Below, piece by piece: positions 22,703 through 35,632 of a stretch of DNA of 64,000 nt; position 1 is the first letter of the stretch, and each line of letters opens with the position of its first letter. The DNA is taken from positions 36,513 to 100,512 of the forward strand of contig JAUCBJ010000896.1 in NCBI GenBank assembly GCA_032718475.1, given 5' to 3'. Made by a program: the position numbers and the translations under genes. The notes beneath the pieces are model-generated. The model worked only from the letters and a program-made list of their open reading frames with translations, had not been told where the DNA came from and did not search any database. Origin of the DNA: Nemertoderma westbladi. Lineage: Eukaryota > Animalia > Xenacoelomorpha.

Positions 22703-25151
22703 CTATCTGCAATAATTACCCCCTCCCCTGGATATATGTTGTGTCCCTGGAAATTATAGTCATGCTGCTGTACCGGTACCGATATAGGCCTATTCACTTC
22801 TTGCCTACCTACCGGTATGTACTCCGCGACTTCCGGGTTTAATCCCGTCGTCCGCGCTACCCTATCGCCTACTCTATCTCTCCCAGCATGGCCTATAATA
22901 GTATGTGCAGTAAGGCCTACAGTATGTCCTGCAGTCTGCATGTGCCCTTCCGAATCGAAGTTTATTCTTCTCGAATCTCCCCGTGACTACCGTACTCTCG
23001 ATCGGCAGCTATATCACGTCGGGAAGTTTCTCTTCGATCCCCACTCCTGTTCTCTTCTTCGTATCGGTACATCCTGTACCCCTCTCCTGGCCTGCGGTGC
23101 GTTTCTCCGGGGCGACGGCAATCTCCCGAAGTTCGACCCCACTGACTCTCCGTCTCAATCTCTACTACTGACGGCTCGCTATCCGTCCTTGCTCTCCTGT
23201 TGCTCCTAGCAACGATTCTTCTACTCTCTCCACTTCTTCTATCTTCGACCTCTCTATTAAACTCTACTAATCTTCTCTCTTCTGACTGGGCTCGACGTTC
23301 CGTCGCCCGCCCTCTCGCGACGTCAACCTGTCTCTCTCTGCTCGATCGCACGCCGCTGGGGATACTCGCAATCCCCCTATTATTCTCCGTCGCCGGGTGT
23401 TGCGGTTTACCTAATTCGGCCCGCGCATTATCCGCCGACGCCTGTGGGACACTCCCTGCCCCCCTCTCTCGCTACTAATGTCTCGCGGTGGGGTGCCCGT
23501 AGTCCCCCCCCACCCGCCACTTCTAACTTCATTATCTCTCACTACACTTCTGCGTACCTCTTGTGGGGCATTCTCTGCCCCCCCTCTCTCGCCACTAATC
23601 TTCCGTGGTGGGGCGCCCGTAGCCCCCCCCCCACCCGCCACATCTAACTTCAATATCTCTTACTTCGTCTCTACACTCCTCTCTAGTCGACACACTATCT
23701 CTACTACGGCTGGGTCTATTCACCCCCGCCTCTCTCTCTACTACTGCGAGGCCTACCAGGCCAACCTCGGGTTGGCTCAACCCTGCTACCTCCTGCCTAC
23801 CAACTACGTGGCCTACCAGGCCGCCGTCGGGTTGGCGCAACCCCGCCACTTCCTGCCTACTAACTACGTGGCCTACCAGGCCGCCGTCTGCCGGGCTATA
23901 CACGTCTGACGCGTTCATATTAATAGCACCATTCCCAATATTATTTGTTAAATCAATTAAATTATTAGAATTTGAAACGGGATTATTATTTAAATTATTT
24001 AAGTTAGAATTATTATTATTTTCAAAATTTAAATTGCTATTCGAATTATTTGAATTATTTTGATTATTCTGAATATTTGAATTAATATTATTATTTGAAT
24101 TTAAACTTAAATTACTACTACCGGGTAAAATATTTCCTGTAATAAAGGGATTAGGGTTATTTACTACAGTACTATTAATACCAATATTTCCTAACGCACT
24201 ACTACTACCCCCCTCACCCGTACGGTTACTGTACGTACTGTACGTGTACCGCACGCTCTGTTCTCTTGCCTCACGCTCTTCGCGTTCACTCTCTTGCTCC
24301 TTCCTTCCCCTCAGTCGCCACTCTAATTCTTCCATTTTTAATTTATATGCCATGCGCTCACTCTCTCGCACCCGTCTTTCTTTTGCGGAGGATGTAGCAG
24401 ACTTATCGGTTGCGACGGACTCCCGCCGCCCCTCCGTCCTACTAACTTTCCCCCACTCTCCGGGGTTCTCGCTGACCAACGAGACCGAATCCTCGGAGCT
24501 AACCTCGGATTCGCCCTCGTGCGGTCCCGCCCAACCCACTAACTTAACTTCCCTGGCATCGACTAAGTATGGCCCTATGTACACTACACCAGGCCCCATA
24601 CCCCTACGTTCCCATAGCCCAAACAGTTCGAAGGCAACCCCTCTCGCTCTCTCCTCGGCCAGTTCTCCCTGCCCAGAACGCACTAGGTAATCAAAGTATC
24701 TGTTCGACTCACCTAGTCGTCTCCTCAACTTCACCTGGTCTATCTCAGCCCCTCCTCTAGCTTCCTTCAGTTGCTCCCGGGTCGCGGCGTAGGCTCGTCG
24801 GAGCCGTACGACCCCGACGCCCTCGTCGTCGACATCTCCTCTCTCCCTCCGGGTTCGGCGTCGTACCGTCGGCCCCACCGTTGCCGTTCCGGTGGGCCGT
24901 CCGTCGCCCTCGGCCTCTCGCTGGCCGGCGACATCGGCATATCGACCGCCGCCCTGTGTCGACTCGTCTCTCTCCTCTCCAAACTCGTCCTCTCGCTGTA
25001 GACGACCCCCCGCATCTTGGTTCGCCGGGTTACTCGTTATCGACGTAGCATCGACCGGCGTCGTGGGTCCGTATTGTCTCGCCGTGGCCTCGCGGATCGT
25101 TAGATCGTCGTCCGGGGTCCGCGGCGGTGTCGTTCCTCTCTCTCGACTCAT
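22594..25151 (-). pseudogene. gag: Gag N-terminal region of B' (fragmented; includes an Asn-rich tract)
   Basis: Collinear with 32408-35632 of B; breaks often fall at G homopolymers. Confidence 0.75.
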
Positions 25152-26282
25152 CTTCGTCTTTAGTAGCCGTCAGTCACAGTCTGTCAGGCCAGTTGGTTGG
25201 ATCTAGTTCTATCACTGTCAGACTGTTAGGGCAGCTGCTAGGATTCTATCTCTGTCAGGGCAGCTGGGCGGATCTAATTCTATCACTGTCAGGGCAGCTG
25301 GGCGGATCTGATTCTATCACTGTGACGGGATCTACGGATCCCGGTTTATCCGTTGGGTTTTCTATCTACGCGTCCCTGCCGTGTGTGAAAGGTAAAAGAG
25401 TTCTGATGTTCGGTTATATGTATAAGGTATAATATAGTTGATATATAGGCTTTAGTATAGTATGGCACAGTTACCGGTAGATAAGTATGATGGCGGTAGC
25501 GGACGGTGATAGAAGTCACCGTTCCACCCTACTGAACTAACTGAGTAAGCTGAGTGAATGATTGCTGTACAGGTAATATATACTGCACGGGTTTGGCCGT
25601 TACAGTACTTAGTCGATGCTGTCCCCCCATTGGCTAATATCCCTGTTGGCACCCTTTGCCCCCCTCTGAAGTGCTTCCCTTCGCCCTTGCTGTTCTCTCT
25701 TGGTTAGGGGTTTGGCCCCTGACCCTTATTGTGTGTGTCTCCTTTGGGGCCTGTTGTCCCCGTTTACTGGGGTGACACGAGGTTGATTGGTAATCAACCT
25801 CGTGCTCCCAATATTGCTTAATGGCTCACTCTATGGGTTTGTGTTAGCGGAATTGGATAAGCTAACACAAGGCGCAAACGTGATGAGTGATGAGTTTAGG
25901 TGGTTTAAGTTCAGTTCGATGGCCTATCTCTCTCTGAATTTCTGAGTTATTAAATTGTACCCTAAATTTGCAATTTTCAGCCCTATTCTTCTATTTATTT
26001 TAATTTACTTTTAACCCTACTGTCCTACTACTTGCTACTGCCTATGGATTATTCTATCTCCTAATCCACATTCTGGCCTACTCTGTGGGCCTGTGCAGTA
26101 CAACAGTATGCATCGCGTGGCCACATGATTTATCCAGCTGTACTCACATGCCCCCCTCTCGCTACTAATTACTGACTGCTAACTAATATCTATATCATAT
26201 ATACCCTTCTACCTCTATCTCTATCTTTTACTAACTAGTACTACATACTTTCTTGCTAACTCTTACTCTCTCTAACTAACTA

Positions 26283-26878
26283 ACGGTACTACGTACCCTC
26301 TAACTCTTACTCTCTCTCTAACTAATGGTACTACGTACCCTCTAACTCTTACTCTCTCTCTAACTAACTAACGGTACTACGTACCCTCTAACTCTTACTC
26401 TCTCTCTAACTAACGGTACTACGTACCCTCTAACTCTTACTCTACTAACTAACGGTACTACGTACCCTCTAACTCTCTAACTAATGGTACTACGTACCCT
26501 CTAACTCTTACTCTCTCTCTAACTAATGGTACTACGTACCCTCTTACTACTCTCTACTAACAGTACTACGTACCCTCTCACTACTCCACTAACTAACGGT
26601 ACTACGAACCCTCTAACTCTTACTCTCTCTCTAACTAACGGTACTACGTACCCTCTTACTACTCTCTACTAACGGTACTACGTACCCTCTCACTACTCCA
26701 CTAACTAATGGTACTACGTACCCTCTCACTACTCCACTAACTAACGGTACTACGTACCCTCTCACTACTCCACTAACTAACGGTACTACGTACCCTCTTA
26801 CTACTCTCTACTAACTGACAGTACTACGTACCCTCTAACTCTTACTCTAACTCTACTAACTGATGGTACTACGTACCT
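26283..26878. repeat. Array of ~16 GGTAC-TAC-GTACC hairpins between pol and ORF3 of element B
   Basis: ACTAACGGTACTACGTACCCTCT units every ~33-46 bp with G-free linkers of variable length. Confidence 0.92.
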
Positions 26879-27082
26879 CCTAACTAACTAACTAACTAAC
26901 TAACTCCCTCTTGCTAACTACCCTCTTACTGACTAACTTCTGCCTACTAACTGCGTACCTGCTATGTACTATTATTTTTATTTTTATTTTCTATTTTTAT
27001 ATGTGTGGGAAGGGCGTCTCGCCCTCAATCCCACCCCCCTCAGTCCAAAACTTGGACGACTAAACTCCTCTCTAACTCCAAT

Positions 27083-30000
27083 CTAAGGTGCCCCTTCTAA
27101 TAGACAGCATTTCCCTACAGCTCTCCTGTAGGTTTTTCTGTCCTTCGCACCTATCTTGCCACCTATCCACACTTCTACAGATCGGACTCTTCCGTCCTCA
27201 TCGTAGTAAGTGCCTACAACTCTCGCCAACCGCCACTGGTTGTTGATGATAGTATCATCCGTGACGATTACGAGATCTCCCTCTTTTAGCTCCCTATTCG
27301 ACTTCCTCCACTTGCTTATTTTGTGAAGCGTGGGTAGGTATTCCTCAACCCACCTCCTCCAATACTCTGCGCTTATCGCTTTAGCGACTTTCCAACTCTG
27401 GCGGGAGTATATGTTGTCTGGATCTACACCCCGCATATTGATGGTCGCTGGCCTTTCCATTAGAAAATGGCTTGGCGTCAGCACATCTAATGACTCAGGG
27501 TCATCATTCTCCGGGTATAGCGGTTTGCTGTTAATGATACCCTCGCACTTCGCAAGTACTGTTCTCAAGCCGTCCTCCATGACCAAATGAGTGTTCATTT
27601 ACTCCGTCATGAGACGCTTCAAACTGCCCACCAGTCTCTCGACGCATCCTAACGTATGTGGTGCATACGGCGTCCTTCTCTCCCACTTTACTTGTCATCG
27701 TCTCATGGCTGCCCTGACTTCCTCCCCTTCCAAGATGTCCAAGGCCTCTACATCTCGTTCTCTGCCCCCACAAAATTGGTGCCATTGTCGCTGTATATCA
27801 CTGCGATCGTCCCACCTTTGCGGTCTCTGAACCTCTCTAATGCATTAATGAATGCTGATGCGGTTGCATCTTGGGCGAGTTCTATCCCTACCGCATGTGT
27901 GTTGTTACATACGAAGATAATGCCGTAGCGTTTCTCCGTGTGTCGCATCACTTTGATCTTTATCGGCCCGAACATGTCCACACCGCAATGCGTAAATGGC
28001 GGGTCGTGCTGTCTTACCCTACTCGCCGGTAGTGGCGCCATCTCCTGTATGGCTCGCTCCTTCTTCGCTCGTCGGCAGGTCTGGCACTGCCCCACTTCCG
28101 CTTTTACCTTCTTCCTCAACTGCTTGACCCAATAGGTCCTCCTTATCTCCGTGAGGGTTCGGTTGGTGCCCCCATGCAATATCGACTTGTGGGAGTCCCA
28201 GATAATCTGGTGGACTATTGGCGATCCTGTAGGGATGATGATGGGCTTCGGTGGTACGACGATACTGTTGTTGTAACCCTCCCTAGAGTTCATTACTAGA
28301 ATCCCGTCATCATTAAGTTGTGGTGACAGCGTGATCAGTTCGCTGTCCCGTCGAAGATGCTGTTGCTTACCGACGCGTTCCACCTCGTCGCCATAGTTCT
28401 TCCGTTGTTCATAGCGGATGACTGCTTTGGCCGCTCCTTCCAGATCTATGGTTGTTCTGATCTTCTTGCCTCTGCCAACTCCCGCGAGGAAATTCCCGAA
28501 GGCTCTCCAGTACGCCACTAATTTCTTGGTCTTATACCAACTAGAGCTGTAGCTGAGGAGTTTATCCGTCGGGTTATCGCATAGTTCTTGTTTTGGTTGC
28601 ACGTCCCTAATCTCCCTCACCATCTGGGAGTATATCTCTTCTCCCTCTGAATCTCCTTCTTCTTCCCTCTGACACTACTTCTGAGCCCGGGTCCACCTTT
28701 CTCATCGGCGGCCAGGCCTCCTTATCGCTCAGAAATTGTGGCCCATGTTGCCACAATACTTCCTTCTTCAAGAAAGTGTGGCGTGCCACGCCCCTCGACA
28801 ACAAGTCCGCTGGGTTCTCGTCCGTTGGGCAGTAGTGCCACCTTTCCAGTTCTGTGGTCGCCCTTATTTCGTCCACTCTATTTGCGACGAATATTGGGTA
28901 TCGCGTTTTCTCGTTATGTAGCCAGCCAAGAACTACCATGGAATCCGTCCAGTAGTGTGTCTCCACTATGTTTGGTATTGTATCCATTAGGTAGGTCGTG
29001 GCCCTAACTCCTAGTCTCGCAGCTGTCAATTCTAGTTTGGGAACCGATGCCGAATCTGGTGGTGTTGACTTCGCCTTGCTGAAGGCGAGTCTGGGTTTAT
29101 GAGCCCCCTCTCGTTGTACTAAATAGAGTGCTGCTCCGTATGCCTCTAATGACGCATCGGAGAACATGTGTAGGTCCAGGCTCGTCATGTCTCCCATCCG
29201 GAAATACACTCGCGGCATGCTGTATGTTCCCATCTGCTCCAGGCTCTCCGTCCACTTATGCCACTGCTTTCTAATCTCTTCCGGGACCTCTGCGTCCCAC
29301 TCGTCCTTTAATTTGTATACTCTCTTGAGTATCTGTTTTCCCGTGACTAGTAATGGGGATGCTAGGCCTAGGGGATCGTATATCCTTGCTATGTACGACA
29401 CATAGCCCCTCTTTGTGTGGATGTCTGCGCCCTCCTGGCTTAACTGGTACTTCAGTTCATCTGTCTCTTTATCCCACACGATTCCCAGTGCCTTCTGTTG
29501 AGACTCTATCCTCTTGTTTGCCATGTCCTGCCCCTTGGCTGTTGTGGGATTATCCATGGTCGATTCAGGTCTCCTATCCTCTATCGCCTTGATAAATTCC
29601 TCAGAACTGGATTGGAATTTGGTTAGGTTAAAGCCGGATCCCTTAAGGATGTCGCGAACCTCGCGCCCTGTGTCCAGCAGCTCCTTAACCGTATTTCCAG
29701 ACTCCATCCCGTCGTCTACGTAGAAGCCGCGTCGAATCATATCGACGGCTCTAGTGCTGCATTTATCTTCCTTTCCCTTTACCGTGTCTCTTACGGCCAT
29801 AGTCGTTGTAAATGAAGACGACTTGGCTCCCATATTCTGTACTATCATCTTATACATCGGTATGGTCGACGGTTCCTCATCGCCGTCGTACCATAGGAAG
29901 CGTTGACTGTCGCTATCCTCTTCCGTCACACGGACTTGGTTGAACATGCCTTCTATGTCACAGGTGAAGGCGTGTTTCCCATTTCTAAACTCTAAGTAGG

Positions 30001-31060
30001 ACCTCTATCCCTGAGTTGTAAATGTTGGGACCCTCTAGCAGATAGTCGTTTAGACATTTTCCGTTGGTCTTTGCCGACGCGTCCACTACCATCCGTAGTT
30101 TACCTTTCTTTGGATCTAAGGCCACGTGGAGTGGCAGGTAATAGGTCCTATCCGTGTTTGGTTCGTCGACCGGTAACTCCACGGCCCATCCTTTCTCGAC
30201 ATACTTCTTGATTGTCTTGTGGATATACTCATTTTTCTCGGGGCTCCGTTTTACGTCTGCTTTAATTTGCGAAGCCTCGTAAGTACCATCCCTTTGTTGT
30301 CGGGTAACGGTAGCTTCGGTAGCTTCCATACCATCCCTATGGTATATCGCCCCTCATCGCATGTCATCGATTCCTCCAGACTTTGTAAAGCCTGCTTGTC
30401 TTCTACCGAGGTCCCGACCCCGGTCTCCTTTAGTCCCTCGAAATCTTGCCTGAGCAGTCTCTTAAGCTGCTCCTCTGCTCTCTCGTCACCCATTTCCTGC
30501 ATGGTTCCCGCGAACATGCATCCTGATGTCTCCGACATCCTAAATGGTATCTTGCTCTTGATTGGGCCACTCAGCGTCCACCCGAATGGTGTCAGTATCG
30601 CCACCGGGTCACACTGTTTGTCTTCGCCGAAGACCGTTTGCATTCTTTCGTGGGCCGTTGGGCAGTCCATTCCTACTATGATGGATACCTTCCTAACGTC
30701 CACCTCTGGGATTGAGAAGTCAATGTCTGTCCAGAAATTTATATTGCTCGACCTCGATGTTGGTTGGCCGCCTGGCATTGATATTGATTGACTCTATCAC
30801 TTGGATGGGGTCGATGGTTGCCCCGTAGTCGCATCCCGGTGCCACCGCTGCAATTGCTCACCGTCCGGTCCTCATCTCCAGGACCTCGTCTTTGCTAGAG
30901 ATTGTTGTTACCGCCATCCTGCTTGGCCTCGTTCTCAATCCTATCTCTTCGGCCACCCATTCCTCGACTAACGTGAAGGCAGCTCCACTATCAACCAGCA
31001 TCAGTGTGGTTACTGATCGATTGCCTTCTCCAATCACTCGCTACAGGTACTACCCCAAGT
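27083..31060 (-). pseudogene. pol: Protease-RT-RNase H-integrase of element B, multiply frameshifted
   Basis: TPFGW, LRMVVDAS, MFNQV, FYVDDG, LHMFSDAS, YWTDSMVVL, NPADLLSRG, CQTC, GVDMFGP, YSDNGTNF, LTPSHFL, spread over six ORF fragments. Confidence 0.93.
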
Positions 31061-34000
31061 AGCACTGTTCCTCTCTTCTTCGCCCCTACTGTGCTCGTTG
31101 CCATTGTTTGGCCTTTCCTTTGACCGAACTTGACCGGCGTCTCCTTGCATTGCCTAGCTCTATGTCCACTCATCACACATCGCGAGCAGATCTCATTTCT
31201 CGCCGCGTATTCTACCTGATCTTCTCTGGGTAGCGCTTGCCAGTACCTGCAGTTCATGGTTTGATGAAGCGCATTTGTATGTAGCTGGCATTTGCTATTT
31301 TGGTTGTAGCCGTCCTTATACAGTGCATCGCGTATCGCAGCTGCGTTTGTACCAAAGTCCCTACTATTCTTGTTGTTTGGGTTCGGCCTACTGGACGTAC
31401 TGGGGTTATATTTATTTGTGTTGTTATTTTTCCCCTGTCCGTACCATGGTGTGGTCTTACCTTCGGCTACCTGTGGACTTGCAGTCCCCTGCGTCGCTGC
31501 GTATGGCAGTGATTGCCTGAGCTTTGGTAATGCGTTTGACGTGTTGTGCTCTGGTTTCGGTCTATGGTAATCCGTCTTCGGTCCCTTTCCCAGGCTATCT
31601 TCACTATAGACTGGGTCGGTTATTAGTTCAGCTTCGTAATTTAAGAAGTTTGACATTTCTTCTAAACCCGGTTCCGCACCCTTCCTATCTCGAGTGGAGA
31701 AGGCGATTTTCCTCCACTTGTTGCGCAGCCAGATCGGTAGTGCCTGCGCTATCGTGGTGATGTTATTGGACGCGTTGAGCTCGTATGGCGCGTCTAGCGT
31801 CTTTAGCACGATTAGCGCCTTTTCGACTTTGTTAGCAAACGTCTTAATGCTAACGGGATTATCCTGCAGGCCACCCGATGTTATGCCTCTCAGGGTTTGC
31901 CTGATGATCTTGGCCGGGTGCCCGTATTCCCTGTCCAGTGCCCGCCATGCCGTCGTAAAGCCGCCCTCTATGCCTTGGTATTGCCTCACGATGTCGTATG
32001 CTGGGCCTCCTGTGTATACTTGCAGATATTTAAGGCACTCCGCCTGCGTCAAGTTCTTTGTCAGTATTTCGTTACTATACATGCGCCGAAACTGTAGATA
32101 TTCTTCCGGCCTACTCCCATCGAATTTGAATGGTTCCACGGGTGGTAACTCGATCCTCGTTTTCAACGCATCGATCAACGTGGCCATCCCCATCGCCTGC
32201 GCTTCCAATGGGTTCGATGGATGTTGTATAGTTTCTCCTGTTTGGTGCGATCCGTCCGTCCTATTTCCTGCTTTCCTTTGACTTGGGTATGTCATTGGGG
32301 GTAGCGGCCCCCTCCATATTTCTGTGTCGCATGACCTATTTTCATCCAAGGGGTTCGTTGCTCTCGTTCCTATTGGGGTATATTGTTGATATTGTGATGG
32401 GGGAATGTCACCCTGTCCCCCCCCCCACCGGTATGTTTGGTACTGGGGTTGATGTTAATATATTGGGGCCCATGCACCTATCCGCAATAATTCTCCCCTC
32501 CCCTGGATATATGTTATGTCCCTGCATGCTGTAGTCATACTGCTGCACTGGTACCGGTATAGGCCTATCAGCTTCTGGCCTACCCGCCGGTATGTATTCC
32601 GCGACTTCCGGGTTTAATCCCGTCGTCCGCGCTATCCTATCGCCTACATTGCCTCTGTCAGCATGGCCTATGGTATGTGCAGTAAGGCCTACAGTATGTC
32701 CTACAGTCTGCATGTGTCGCTCGGGATCGAAGTTTATTCTTCTCGAATAATCCTCCCCGCGGCTACCGTATTCTCGATCGGCAGGTATATCCTGCCGGAG
32801 AGCTTCTCTTCGACCCCCTCTACTGCTCTCGTCTTCGTACCGGTACATCGCGTACCCCTCCATCGGCGCGTAATGCGCCTCGCCAGGTCGCATCTCTCCG
32901 GGGCGACGGCAATCTCCCGAAGTTCGACCCCACTGACTCTCCGTTCTCATCTCGACTACCGACGGCTCACTATCCGTCCTCGCTCTCCTGTCGTTCGCGG
33001 CGACACTTCTTCTATTCTCTTCTCTTCTTTTCTTCGTAGTGCAGTATTCCCGCTCGTGAGATCTCTCGTCGACCTCCCGGTTAAACTCCACTGTTCTTCT
33101 TCCCTCTTCTGATCGGGCTCGACGCTTCGTCCGCCCTCTCACGACGTCAACCTGTCTCTCTCTTCTCGGTCGCACGCCGTTGGGGATACTCGCAATCCCC
33201 CTATCACTCTCCGTCGCCGGGTGTTGCGGTTTACCTATTTCGGCCCGCGCATTATCCGTTGACGCCTGTGGGGCACTCTCTGCCCCCCCCCCCCTTTCGC
33301 CGCTAACTCGCTGTTGTGGGGTTCCTGTAGCCCCCCCCCCCCCCCCCCCACTCGCCACATCTAACTTCGCTATCTCTCACCCTGCTGCTATATCCCTCTC
33401 TAGTCGACACATCAACCCTACCGCGGCTGGGTCCATTCACCCCCGCCTCTCCCTCTGCTATTGTGTGGCCTACCAGGCCCTCTACTCCCTGCCTACCAAC
33501 TACGTGGCCTACCAGGCCCTGTCCGGGTTGGCTCAACCCCGCCACCTCCGGCCTACTAACTAAGTGGCCCACCAGGCCCTCTTCGGGTTGGCTCAACCCC
33601 GCCACTTCCGGCCTACTGTCTGTACGGCCTACCAGGCCCCCACCTGCCGGGCCATACACGCCCGACGTGTTCACGTTAATAGCACCCATATTGGAAACGG
33701 AATTATTTTGTTCGTTCGAAATAAAATCATTTGAATTATTTTGCGCGACTACGCTATTTGAATTATTTTGTAAATTCGGGTTTGGATCGTTATTTAAATT
33801 ATTTGGATTATTTTGCGTAACTACGTTATTTGAATTATTTCCTACATTAATGTTAGAATCGTTCTGATTTAAATTTAAATTACTACCACTAGGTAAAGTA
33901 TTTCCTGCAATAAAGGTTTGGTTAGAGTTATCCAATACGGTACTATTAATATTAACGACGTCTACTGTAGCATTATTATTACCCCCCCCCCCCCCCCGCC

Positions 34001-35632
34001 CGTACGGTCACACCAGTTTTGGGTCTGTCGTGCGGTCCCTGTAAGTGGGGTATTAATAAATGTATCCACGGCCCCTGGCTCCCCGAAAACACTCGAGCCA
34101 GCCCCGCTCTCAGACGCCCCTATCCGCGCCAGTTCCAGTTCGCGCGTGTGTCTAGCTTTGTACTCTGTAAGCTCATCTTGGCATTTCTCTAGTTCTTTTC
34201 GCTCACACTCCTCTCTTGCTATTCTCTCCTGACACTCCCGTGCGTTCTGCTCGGCCAATTCCAACTCTCTCCTAGCTCCCTCCCTTTGTCTCGCCTCACG
34301 CTCTTTGCGTTCACCCTCCTCTCTCGCCTCACGTTCTTTGCGCTCATTTTCCTCTCTCGCCTCACGTTCTTTGCACTCATTTTCCTCTCTCGCCTCACGT
34401 TCCTTATGTTCCACCTCACGCTCTTTGCGCTCATTTTCCTCTCTCGCTACACGTTCCTTACATTCCGCCTCACGCTCTTTGCGCTCCTTTTCCTCTCTCG
34501 CTACATGTTCCTTACGTTCCGCCTCACGCTCTTCTTGTTCCTTCCTCCCTATTTCCTCACACTCCCTAAGGCTTCTCGCGGCCCTTTCGGCCCTCTCTCC
34601 GGTTTCTCTAATCAGTGCCATTTCCTTCTCTAGCAACGTTCTCCCCTCCTCTAACCGTCTATCTACTTTCCTCTGACCTTGCGCTATCAGGTTGAGATGG
34701 TATGTGGCATTTATCTCTCTCACCCGTCTTTCTTTTACGGAGGATGTAGCAGACTTATCGGTTGTGACGGATTCCCTCCGCCTTCCCGTCCTACTAACTT
34801 TCCCCCGCCTCCCGGAACTTCCTCTGACCGACGAGGCCGAATCCTCGGGGTTAACCTCGGATTCGCCCTCCTCAGGTCTCCTCCAACCCACTGATTTTAT
34901 ACCCTGGGCATTGACTAAGTATGGCCCTATGTACACTGCACTAGGTTGCATACCCCTACACTGCCATAAGTCACACAGTTCCTCGGCCACCCCTCTCGCT
35001 CTCTCCTTGGCCAGTTCTCTCTGCCCGAAGCGCATTAGATAACTAAAATGTCTATCCGACTCACCTAGTCCTGTTGTCAACTTTACCTCATCTATCTTCG
35101 CCCCCTCCTTGGCCTCCCTTAGTAGTTTCCGGGTCGCGTTGTAGGCCCGTCAAAGTCGACCAGAAACCCCGACGTCCTCGTCGCCGACCTCTCTTCCGTC
35201 TCTCCGGGTCCGATGTCGTACCGGCGGCCCCACCGTTGCCGTTTCGGTGGGCCGTTCGTCGCCCTCGGCCTCTAGCTGGCTGGCGACATCGGTACCGACA
35301 TCTCCTCCATCTCTCCGGGTCCGACGCCGTACCGTCGCCCCCACCGTCGCCGTTTCGTTGGGCCATTCGTCGCCCTCGGCCTGTGGCTGGCCGGCGACAT
35401 CGGTACGTCGACCCTCGTTCCGTGTCGACTCGTCTCCTTCTCCCTCCATCTCGCTCTCTCCTTCTCTCGGCTCGACCTCTGGCTCCAGACAGCCCCCCTC
35501 ATCCTGAACTGCCGGATGACCCGTTACCGATGGGTCCGGCGTCGTGGGCCTATACCGTCTGGTCGCGGCTTCGCGGATCGTTAGTTCTTCGTCCAGGGTC
35601 CGCGTCGGTGTCGTCTCTCCTGACTGACTCAT
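30991..35632 (-). pseudogene. gag: Gag of element B (long N-terminus with E/R coiled-coil repeats, Asn-rich tract, DUF1759-like capsid, zinc knuckles), fragmented
   Basis: LPPVEPFKFDGSRPEEYLQF, LKYLQVYTGG, ALDREYG, CSRCVMSGHRARQC; 33-bp repeats at ~34290-34530. Confidence 0.85.

Larger units (their letters stand above)
19108..25867 (-). mobile_element. Non-autonomous BEL/Pao derivative B' (6760 bp) nested in B
   Basis: 547-bp LTRs at 19108-19654 and 25321-25867 (about 3 differences); 5-bp TSD CAAGG at 19103-19107 and 25868-25872; PPT 19655-19664; no RT, RNase H or integrase core. Confidence 0.95.

Noticed and set aside
20128-26878. Repeat-spacer hairpin arrays as CRISPR arrays
   Set aside because: Spacers are low-complexity, mutually similar and irregular in length; there are no cas genes; the arrays lie inside eukaryotic retrotransposons.
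7380-33995. Programmed frameshifting at gag/pol breaks
   Set aside because: Many breaks fall in G/C homopolymers (7380, 23624, 32417, 33330, 33982) and differ between B and B'. Mutation or sequencing error is more likely.
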